Below are positions 10,093-17,556 of a stretch of DNA of 33,349 nt, piece after piece. The stretch comes from a virus. Lineage: Duplodnaviria; Caudoviricetes. The stretch's first letter is position 1; every line of letters starts with the position of its first letter. The stretch is taken from positions 1 through 33,349 of the IMG/VR virus record IMGVR_UViG_3300028586_000791, one strand, 5' to 3'. The position numbers and the translations under genes are program-made. Below the pieces are notes generated by a model. It was not told the origin of the DNA, did no database searches, and was given only the letters and a program-made list of their open reading frames with translations.

Positions 10093-11418
10093 TCACCCTA
10101 CCCGTACTTTTGTAGCAAAAGTCTTCCGTAAGGCAAACCAATACCGCATCATAATGCTGTCCCACTCATCTGGGCTGCGGCCTATGAGCTCCTTAATGCG
10201 GTCTTTGGGGATGATGCCCTGCCTCCCGTCTTTATCGATATCCTTAAGTTTGATCTGCTCCATTTCTTCGGCGGTGGTTTGCTTTACAGCATCGTTGTCG
10301 CAAAGCTCGCCTGCCAACCGATTCGTGATCATCTCGGCCATTTTTATGGAGCACTGACTCTTAAGGTTGTCGTAGTTGGGCTTAACGTAAGCACCGCCTT
10401 CGAGCATTTCGAGCGGCGCCGAATTGTTTACAAAACCTTTGCATTTAAGAAAGTCGACCACGCCGCCACCCACACCGTCTTCGTCGGCCACCACGTTAGA
10501 GAGTGCAATGCCGTGGCGGGTTTGCAGGATCTTTGCACGGCCCACCACCTCGTCGAGTCCGCTCTTGGCAATGCTCTCCCGCGCAATGCACAGCCACCCG
10601 TGCCAAATGCGGAACACCGTTTTGTCGCGGCCCTTACGGGCAACGTCAATCGTCATGAATTTAAGTCCGTTGGGAATAACGTGCGAAGGGTTAAAGTAGT
10701 CGGCAATGCTGTCGTTGTCCATGAGCGTTGCAGGGTCGTCGTCATACTCCCAGTTGCCGTAGTACAGGCGTTCCCTGCTGTTCTTGTCGAGCCGTAAAAG
10801 CGACTGTAAATAACTGGGGTGCAGGTAGGGATTATCTGTAGGCAGGCTCTGAATGAACCGCCTGTGCAGGGGCAAAATACCGTCGCGCTTTGGCTTGTAA
10901 AACTCTTTGTACGCCCAATTCTTGGCAGGGTTGCAGGAGCCTAACATCTTAGGGATGAGTCCGTACTGCGTAAGCTTATACCTTATACGGCTTTTTACAA
11001 TTTGCCACGCATGGTAGGCCACCTGGTTGCACTCGTCTATAAAAGCACCGCTGATTTCGAGGGAACCCAAGCTGTCGAAATTAGGATCGGAAGGGTACGA
11101 AAACAGGTCTTTGAGTAAAATCTGGCTACCGTTATTAAACTGGATTACATGCTCTACCGATTTGTATTTAAACTGGCTGCCAAGGTGCAGCAGTGTTGCC
11201 TGCTCAAAAAAAGTATTGAGCGTGGTCTCTTTAAGTGTCTTGAGCTTTGACCGACCCATAAGCCAGCGCGTACCAGGATATTTCTGACACATTTCTATGA
11301 GCCAAAGGCATCCCAGCGCGCTCTTGCCGCCACCGGCAGCACCGCCATAAAGTATCTCTTCGGTTACATTGTCTTTTAAATAAAAGACGGCATGCTCCTG
11401 TTTAACCAGCAGTTTCAT
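10093..11418 (-). CDS. terL: Terminase large subunit (441 aa)
   Basis: Walker A GGAAGGGKS, Walker B AFIDE, coupling motif SCNP, nuclease IDVAR.G.D and SPDEWD. Confidence 0.95.
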   Translation of the reverse strand: MKLLVKQEHAVFYLKDNVTEEILYGGAAGGGKSALGCLWLIEMCQKYPGTRWLMGRSKLKTLKETTLNTFFEQATLLHLGSQFKYKSVEHVIQFNNGSQILLKDLFSYPSDPNFDSLGSLEISGAFIDECNQVAYHAWQIVKSRIRYKLTQYGLIPKMLGSCNPAKNWAYKEFYKPKRDGILPLHRRFIQSLPTDNPYLHPSYLQSLLRLDKNSRERLYYGNWEYDDDPATLMDNDSIADYFNPSHVIPNGLKFMTIDVARKGRDKTVFRIWHGWLCIARESIAKSGLDEVVGRAKILQTRHGIALSNVVADEDGVGGGVVDFLKCKGFVNNSAPLEMLEGGAYVKPNYDNLKSQCSIKMAEMITNRLAGELCDNDAVKQTTAEEMEQIKLKDIDKDGRQGIIPKDRIKELIGRSPDEWDSIMMRYWFALRKTFATKVRVG

Positions 11419-11923
11419 CGCTAAGGGGGTTTTGGCCGGAGCCCAAATTGAGCGTTACGGCACCGGGAGCTGCCTCATCGCTATCGTCATACTTTTCGTT
11501 CCACTGCGCGGGGTTACGGTTCCTTAACCAAAACTGCTGACTCCTGAAGTCGGCCGGAATGTGCTTCTCGACCTCTACAATTTCTATGCGTTCTTTCTCA
11601 ACGCGTTTTCCGTTCTCGTCATAATAAATTTCCTTACACTTAATGGCCTGCCGCGTGGTAATGACCCTGTCTACCGTGGCCTGGTACAGCGAATGTGCTA
11701 CCTCCATATCGGCCTGCCGCCTGCCCCGGGTAAGCGCTTCGGCAAACTCAGCATGGTCTTTTTTCCAACGCGCAAACATGCGCCGGCTTACGCTAAAAAA
11801 CGTTGCCAGGTCGTGTTCGGTCAGCCCCAACAGCATGAGCTTGGTTGCCTGCGCCGCATAGGTTTCGCTATATTCTTTTTGTGTGGTTTTATGTATAACG
11901 GAAGCTGTTAGTGCTTCGTTCAT
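11402..11923 (-). CDS. terS: Terminase small subunit (173 aa)
   Basis: KL.LLG.T..DLA.FF.VS...W...H.EF.EAL..G...AD..V..SLY and FWLRNR.P..W motifs; overlaps the terL start. Confidence 0.85.
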   Translation of the reverse strand: MNEALTASVIHKTTQKEYSETYAAQATKLMLLGLTEHDLATFFSVSRRMFARWKKDHAEFAEALTRGRRQADMEVAHSLYQATVDRVITTRQAIKCKEIYYDENGKRVEKERIEIVEVEKHIPADFRSQQFWLRNRNPAQWNEKYDDSDEAAPGAVTLNLGSGQNPLSDETAG

Positions 11924-11955
11924 TTTTTAAAGGGGTGAAGGAAATATTGGGGAAG

Positions 11956-11982
11956 AAAAAAGCCTCAATTAAGTTGAGGCTT
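11956..11982 (-). terminator. Intrinsic terminator downstream of PIN gene
   Basis: Perfect 9-bp stem AAGCCTCAA-N5-TTGAGGCTT running into a U-tract on the minus strand. Confidence 0.75.
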
Positions 11983-11991
11983 GGTTATAAA

Positions 11992-12534
11992 TTAAATTTG
12001 AGTTGTGATAATTTGTAAATTCCCTTTCAGTTGTTGAAAGTCACGATCATTTGTCACTATTTTATAATTGTTTAATCTTGCAATTTCAGCAAAATAGCTG
12101 TCATTAAAATCAGCTATCAGGAAGTTTTGCTCAATATTAGTTACATCAATGGCATTTAAATTATCAAGAACTTTTACCACAATGGGCAATGCAAGTATTT
12201 TCTTAATCAGAATTAATATTGTCCCTACACTGCTTTTATAATCCGATGTTCCTACGTAATCCTTTTTAAAATCTTTGCCGATATTCTGAGCAAGACCACT
12301 CCATTGTTTGAAACTTTTTCGTAAAAGAACATTCGAAAATTCAGAAATCACCATTGAAGTAATATATATTCCTCCATTTCGCGACAATAGTTCTTCTAAA
12401 AATTTAGAATATGCCTGCTGATCTTTTTTCTCGTAATTTGCAATTGTTCCAAAGAGGAGTATCCAGATATTAGTATCAAAAAAAAATTGGTCAGTAAAGC
12501 CAATTTTATATTCAGTAACGTTAGTCGCGACCAT
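11992..12534 (-). CDS. PIN-domain (VapC-like) ribonuclease (180 aa)
   Basis: FFDTNIW, VISEF, DFNDS and IVTNDRDF acidic PIN motifs; ATG at 12534 overlaps the end of the upstream gene. Confidence 0.88.
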   Translation of the reverse strand: MVATNVTEYKIGFTDQFFFDTNIWILLFGTIANYEKKDQQAYSKFLEELLSRNGGIYITSMVISEFSNVLLRKSFKQWSGLAQNIGKDFKKDYVGTSDYKSSVGTILILIKKILALPIVVKVLDNLNAIDVTNIEQNFLIADFNDSYFAEIARLNNYKIVTNDRDFQQLKGNLQIITTQI

Positions 12535-12886
12535 AAATTGCGTCATTTGAGTTTTTTTCGAACGTATCTCTATTCGCAAAATATTCTTTTGCCCGCTGAA
12601 TAACATCTTTGAAGAGTTTTTGGTCGTCTTTCTCTACGTTCTTAAGCTCTAAATATTCATTTAAAAACTCACCAGTATATTCCTTTTTGCTATATAAACT
12701 TCCAATTGCAGCATTTAAAAATGCTGTGATCATTATTGTTATACCAGCAAAATCAAGCTCAACTTTTTCTTTCTTTTGCAGATATCCATCTACAATTTCG
12801 AAAATTCTATTACCATTTTCTGTAGAAACTGCTAAATCAGTTCCAATTATGTCCTTGATAATTAGGTGCTCCATGTTTATTTTCAT
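12521..12886 (-). CDS. STAS-like domain protein (DUF4325-type anti-anti-sigma fold)
   Basis: VELDFAGITIMITAFLNAAIG matches the STAS LDF.G....S/T.FL motif. Confidence 0.8.
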   Translation of the reverse strand: MKINMEHLIIKDIIGTDLAVSTENGNRIFEIVDGYLQKKEKVELDFAGITIMITAFLNAAIGSLYSKKEYTGEFLNEYLELKNVEKDDQKLFKDVIQRAKEYFANRDTFEKNSNDAIYGRD

Positions 12887-12903
12887 GCATTATTTTGCTT
12901 TCG

Positions 12904-12934
12904 CAAAGGTATGTTTTTAAAATATATTTTCAAA
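12904..12934 (-). promoter_or_regulatory. Bacteroidota housekeeping promoter for STAS-PIN genes
   Basis: Minus strand TTTG-N19-TACCTTTG matches the -33/-7 (TTG-N19-TAnnTTTG) consensus. Confidence 0.7.
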
Positions 12935-13801
12935 ATCATCAATTGCTTCAATTGTAAGCCTGTAGTGATTAACATCGTTTAGGTTAAATCTAATGTTAAT
13001 AATGGTACCATCAAAAATCGAATTTAATGTTTTTTTCGACACAGTGCCGTTATAATACTCATAAAATCCATCTGATGATACAACCTGTATTTTGCCTTTA
13101 TTCAACGTTATAAATTCAAATATTACAGCTAAGCCCAACCCGCCAGATGTGTTGCCTGTTTTGGTTGTATTGCCTTTTACCATCGCCCATTCAATTGCAT
13201 CAGCGGCATATAAATCTCTTTTTAAAAATTTAGAAACATTATGTTTAATATTAATTCCTTTATCTACGATTGTGAAAAACAATGGTTTATCTGGAGATTT
13301 TGGATAAAATTGTCCACAGGTATGTATGTAATCGCATTTACCATGTGTACGGGCATTCTCGTACATCTCAAAGATGTTTTTTGTAATTTCTTTACCAAGG
13401 CGTGCACTATGAGATGGGAAGTCTTTCTTATTTAATAATTCTTTTTGTATATAGTTATTAAAACTACTATCATCTTTTGAAGTGAATTTTCGATATGTTA
13501 ATGACGTGCCATAATGATCAGACAGCTTTTCATATCCAAAATGAACTAAAAAACCATTCTTCTGTAATATTTTTTCTACTGACTCAGTAAGGTTAATGAC
13601 GGATGTAATATTTCCATTATTTTCCAATATCTCTATAACGCTACCAAGAATTGCGCATAGATTAGCTTCTAAAAATGTAGTCTTATGGAAATCAAAAATA
13701 ATTTTAGTATTTTTTATTAATCCATATTTATTAATGATGTTTATAATAAAATCATATCCATCAAAATCACCTTTAACATTACTTGGAATTTCAATTACCA
13801 T
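12917..13801 (-). CDS. GHKL/HATPase anti-sigma-type kinase with N-terminal STAS-like domain (294 aa)
   Basis: N-box EMYENARTH, G1 IVDKGI, G2 GGLGL, terminal GT; N-terminal IIFDF..TTFL. Confidence 0.82.
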   Translation of the reverse strand: MVIEIPSNVKGDFDGYDFIINIINKYGLIKNTKIIFDFHKTTFLEANLCAILGSVIEILENNGNITSVINLTESVEKILQKNGFLVHFGYEKLSDHYGTSLTYRKFTSKDDSSFNNYIQKELLNKKDFPSHSARLGKEITKNIFEMYENARTHGKCDYIHTCGQFYPKSPDKPLFFTIVDKGINIKHNVSKFLKRDLYAADAIEWAMVKGNTTKTGNTSGGLGLAVIFEFITLNKGKIQVVSSDGFYEYYNGTVSKKTLNSIFDGTIINIRFNLNDVNHYRLTIEAIDDFENIF

Positions 13802-13980
13802 TTACTTTTGATGATTTAAATTATTAAGCTATAAAAGTATAAATAATTTAAATAATTCAAAGGCTCAGCAATCCCTGCTATACCTTCATGTTACACTATG
13901 TCAAAGAACGTTTAAGTCTTAAAGCCGAAAGTATTAAAGTCTAATGCCAAACTGCGACCGCGACTGAACACTGAATACTG

Positions 13981-14529
13981 CTACTGCTTACTCGATATTC
14001 CGCTCCATATCCTCCTTAAATTACGACTGTAGTTAAACTCGTCGCTACAGGCAAAGTCGGCATGGTCGCGCTGACTCTCCAGTTCGGCCAGTGAGCAGCG
14101 GTCATCAAAATACTGACGGAAGAACGTGAGTACCTTTTGTACTGTAAGGCTTTCGTACAACTCACCATACTGCCCGCTGATAATCTTGCGGAACAGGTAA
14201 GTAAGGTCGCTCATGCGCAGGGAGCCGTACAGGTTTATCACCTCTGTGGCGCAGTGCTCAATCTGGTCTTCGGTCATGGGTTTGTTCAGGTTCAGCATGT
14301 CGTTGAGGTACACAAGCCAGCCCATGGTGAGGCCTATGGCAAATTCCTTCCCGTTTTCGCGGTTTATAGCCGCCAGCGTGGGTGCTGTAGTGTTCATGGC
14401 TGCGCTAAGGTTTGTAAGCTTATGGGCATGCAGCATACAGTTATTTGGACTGTAAACGGTTAGCAATCTTTCGCCTGAAATCGTCGCTGTACCGCACTTT
14501 GCCTTTACCGGCAGCTGGTTTTGTTGCAT
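13981..14529 (-). CDS. Hypothetical phage protein following the replication initiator (possible helicase loader/accessory)
   Basis: Intact ORF with L.MSDL...F.....GQYG.LY pattern; start uncertain (89-bp overlap with upstream gene). Confidence 0.55.
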   Translation of the reverse strand: MQQNQLPVKAKCGTATISGERLLTVYSPNNCMLHAHKLTNLSAAMNTTAPTLAAINRENGKEFAIGLTMGWLVYLNDMLNLNKPMTEDQIEHCATEVINLYGSLRMSDLTYLFRKIISGQYGELYESLTVQKVLTFFRQYFDDRCSLAELESQRDHADFACSDEFNYSRNLRRIWSGISSKQ

Positions 14530-15304
14530 CTTGTTTTAATTCAAAAAATCCTTTCCAGCCCTTGCCCATGCTTTGGTGCAGTATGGCTATAGCCGTAGTT
14601 TCGCTGGTGTGTGCCAGGGTGCCCAGTTCGGCAAGGGCGGCCTGCTCGCTTTCGGCACTGCGGTAGGTAAAATGATGTTCTGCGGCACGGTACCGCTTCC
14701 ACGCCTGCCACTGGGCCGCAAAATCTTCCGAGGCAAAGGGTAGTACAACCTCACCCCCGGCCCCTCTCCGAAGGAGAGGGGAGCCAACTACACTTGCCGA
14801 AGTTAAAGAGCCTGCTCCATCCGGTTTTTCTCCCGAACCCTCTTTTCCTTTTTCAATTTCAATTACATTTTCATTCTCTCTTTCATTTTCATTTTCTAAA
14901 GGCTTCTTTTGGGTTTTAATTGGGTTTTTAGGTTTAACTTCTTTAGATGTTTTAGTTGTAACACTAGCATTTACAGCACTTATAACCAAATCTTCTTTTC
15001 TTGGCCTGCCACCCTTTTTACCGTTTTCGGCTTGTTTTTGTTTGAATTGGGCACGTTTTTCACGCTCCATTTCTAACCGTTCGTTAAACAGCACGCCGTC
15101 TTTTTCTATAAATTTATCGCTGATGCATAACCACACGCTATCCCAGCCGGAACCCAAAATACTGCCAAGCCTGTTTTTTGGGATACCCAAATTTATCCAC
15201 TGGTAAGCAAGCAGTTTTATAAAGGCACCGGTTTCCTGACAGGATAGATGCAATGTACCCACTAAGAAATCCTGGGCATAGAAGGGAAAAGCAGGATCTT
15301 TCAT
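14441..15304 (-). CDS. Phage replication initiator-like protein, YdaU/DUF1376 type (287 aa)
   Basis: N-terminal PAFPFY..DFL..T..LS....GA.I.LL..QW, NGKKGGRP, low-complexity linker, C-terminal W..W..YR domain. Confidence 0.75.
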   Translation of the reverse strand: MKDPAFPFYAQDFLVGTLHLSCQETGAFIKLLAYQWINLGIPKNRLGSILGSGWDSVWLCISDKFIEKDGVLFNERLEMEREKRAQFKQKQAENGKKGGRPRKEDLVISAVNASVTTKTSKEVKPKNPIKTQKKPLENENERENENVIEIEKGKEGSGEKPDGAGSLTSASVVGSPLLRRGAGGEVVLPFASEDFAAQWQAWKRYRAAEHHFTYRSAESEQAALAELGTLAHTSETTAIAILHQSMGKGWKGFFELKQDATKPAAGKGKVRYSDDFRRKIANRLQSK

Positions 15305-15552
15305 TACACTCTTACTATAGTGTCTATAATCACGTTGTTGTACATGCCCTTAGACCCGCAAATATGAAACTCGAGTTCGGCCACATCGCCCGGAAGCATG
15401 TCCTGCAGCAGCTCTATCTTTGTGCCTAATGCCGATGGGTAGAACATCCTGCCGGTTTCCTGTTCAAAATGCAGCTGTTGCACCGCAGTGCCCAGCTTTG
15501 TTGTTTTTATATCGCCTACGGCAGTTATAATGCCTTTTATTTTGTAGTTCAT
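15304..15552 (-). CDS. Small OB-fold protein, DUF3127-like (82 aa)
   Basis: IKG.I...G....GD...LEF.I.G....YNN pattern. Confidence 0.55.
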   Translation of the reverse strand: MNYKIKGIITAVGDIKTTKLGTAVQQLHFEQETGRMFYPSALGTKIELLQDMLPGDVAELEFHICGSKGMYNNVIIDTIVRV

Positions 15553-15620
15553 TTTCTATTGTTTTTTTGTTGATATGTAAATTTGGTTATTTTGGAATTT
15601 CCGAAAAGATATTGCTGCTC

Positions 15621-15800
15621 TGTCATTCTGAGCGTAGTGCAACGTAGTCGAAGAATCTGTTGTGCTAAAACCTCTACCCGGTAAAGAGGGCGCCAGCTGC
15701 CTGCTAGTTTGTCCTCACCCCCAGCCCCTCTCCGAAGGAGAGGGGAGCAGCTGCACTCTTACTCTTATAGTTAAGTTCCTCGCCTTTGGAGAATCCCGAT
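15621..15800. repeat. Mixed REP-like cluster
   Basis: TGTCATTCTGAGCG..GAAGAATCT at 15621; CCTCACCCC..GGAGAGGGG at 15713. Confidence 0.75.
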
Positions 15801-15879
15801 AGCTATTGAGAGAATGAAGGTTCTGTAAACTGAGACTGTGAGATGAGACTGTTCACTGTAACTGTCTACTTTAAACTAT

Positions 15880-16134
15880 CTACTGTAAACTGTTTACACT
15901 CTGCGCCACCAGATTGTTATACTGTATGCCGCTGTTCTTGCTTATTTTACCTTCCAGGGTTACGGCTACCTGTATCTCATCGTTTTCTTTGTAGGCCTCA
16001 AGGTCGTCCATACGGCGGCCGCGAAATTCTACAAACGCCCGCTGCCTGCCATCGGGCGCAAGGGTTACTACTTTCTTTTCATGACCTGCTGTGTTGCGGT
16101 ACTCAATGCTTTCAATTGTTCCTGTGATTGTCAT
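15880..16134 (-). CDS. Small OB-fold protein, DUF3127-like (84 aa)
   Basis: MTITGTI...VEF.G...D.L......DEI.V...LEG......YNNL.A pattern. Confidence 0.6.
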   Translation of the reverse strand: MTITGTIESIEYRNTAGHEKKVVTLAPDGRQRAFVEFRGRRMDDLEAYKENDEIQVAVTLEGKISKNSGIQYNNLVAQSVNSLQ

Positions 16135-16258
16135 CTTAAATAAGTTTAAAAGTTATAAAGTTGTCAAGTCTTAAATTTTTTTTTGTTGATTTGTTAATTC
16201 GGTTATTCGATAATCTCATTAGGTCCGGATCAACAAATTCCAAATCAACAAATCCACC

Positions 16259-16597
16259 TCATTCGGTAATGGTAAAACGCCTGTCGCTGTTAAACTGCAT
16301 AATGGCGCGGGTTTCGAGTGCCTTAAATTCAGCCGACTGAAAATAGCCGCCCATTGCTGACGTCTCATTTCCTATAGGCCTTTGGCTCAAGCCAATGTTT
16401 GCTTCGCTTTTGGTAAAAACTTTCAGTTCGTCATAAAGCTGCCTTAGCGACTGATTAATTACACAAAGGTTATGGTGCAGCTGTGTGGCGTTTTCCACTT
16501 CAAATATCGAACGCCCAGAGGCTAAATAGTAGTTGTATGAAGCTTTTATTGCACTAAGTTCCACTATTTCTCTGGTTACATGTTGTTTGTTACGCAT
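16259..16597 (-). CDS. Hypothetical protein, first gene of the leftward operon (112 aa)
   Basis: ATG lies just downstream of a consensus promoter; no recognisable motif. Confidence 0.55.
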   Translation of the reverse strand: MRNKQHVTREIVELSAIKASYNYYLASGRSIFEVENATQLHHNLCVINQSLRQLYDELKVFTKSEANIGLSQRPIGNETSAMGGYFQSAEFKALETRAIMQFNSDRRFTITE

Positions 16598-16612
16598 TTA
16601 TTAGTATCTTTG
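16583..16612 (+). promoter_or_regulatory. Rightward promoter for repressor gene
   Basis: TTG(16583)-N19-TATCTTTG(16605-16612). Confidence 0.6.
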
Positions 16613-16624
16613 TGAAGTATAATG

Positions 16625-16654
16625 CAAAGTTAAGTGTAATATTCCACTTAACAA
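16625..16654 (-). promoter_or_regulatory. Leftward (early) promoter with an overlapping palindromic operator at 16629-16652
   Basis: Minus strand TTG-N19-TAACTTTG; GTTAAGTGTAATATTCCACTTAAC is a 24-bp palindrome with one mismatched pair. Confidence 0.7.
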
Positions 16655-16721
16655 GTATAATTTTAAATTATTTTTCCACATTGTTGTGAAATTTTTTTAG
16701 TTGTTAGCTAAAGTTTTGATT

Positions 16722-17456
16722 ATGGAAGGATTAGATATAAAACGCAAACGCGAGGAGCTCGGACTTACCCAAAAAGAATTGGCCGAGATGATTGGGTCAA
16801 GCCGTGAAACGATTATTAACTATGAGAAGGGGCGCCCCATACCTAAAAGTAAAAGTGAAATATTACACAAGGTATTAGAATCGGGTAACATATATGGTAA
16901 AACGGTGGCCAATGAGGAGGTTGTTAAAATATCTGATGATTTTGAAAACAAGAACGGTAACCGCTTTGTAGAACTGCCTAACGGTCAGTTTTATATGCTT
17001 ATGCCCCTGGCCGAATTTAATATTCAGGCAGGCTTTTTAAGCACGTATCAGGATGCCGATTTTTTGATGGACTTAAGCCAGCACGGTATTATAGTAGATA
17101 AGCCTGTGCAGGGCCGCTATGTGGCATTTAGGGTTAACGGCGACAGTATGGACGATGGCAGCAGCCGCGCCATTACCCGAAACAGCGTTGTGAGTACCCG
17201 CGAGCTGCAACGCCACCACTGGAATGGCAAGCTGCGCTACCGCGATTTCCCGTATTGGGTTATTTACACCACCCAGAGTAAAATGCCGCTGCTTAAAGAA
17301 ATTATAGAACATAATACCGAGGAAGGCTACATTACCTGCCACTCCCTGAACGACAGCCCGGAGTTTACCGATTTCAGGCTGCATGTAAACGATATTCAGG
17401 CTCTCTTTTATGTTATCGATGTGAACAGGACGGTAGGTAAAAAGAGTTTTTATTAG
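16722..17456 (+). CDS. CI/LexA-type repressor: XRE HTH plus S24 autopeptidase
   Basis: LTQKELAEMIG.S..TI.NYE.G HTH; Ala-Gly site IQAG; catalytic FRVNGDSM and LLK; ATG at 16722. Confidence 0.9.
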   Translation: MEGLDIKRKREELGLTQKELAEMIGSSRETIINYEKGRPIPKSKSEILHKVLESGNIYGKTVANEEVVKISDDFENKNGNRFVELPNGQFYMLMPLAEFNIQAGFLSTYQDADFLMDLSQHGIIVDKPVQGRYVAFRVNGDSMDDGSSRAITRNSVVSTRELQRHHWNGKLRYRDFPYWVIYTTQSKMPLLKEIIEHNTEEGYITCHSLNDSPEFTDFRLHVNDIQALFYVIDVNRTVGKKSFY

Positions 17457-17556
17457 AAGAAGTTGAACTCGTGCATTTTTTGCACAAGTTCGATTAACAG
17501 TTACATAAAGTTTCACAAAGAAGGCACAGAGGATCACAGAGAGAAGATAAGCGTTA

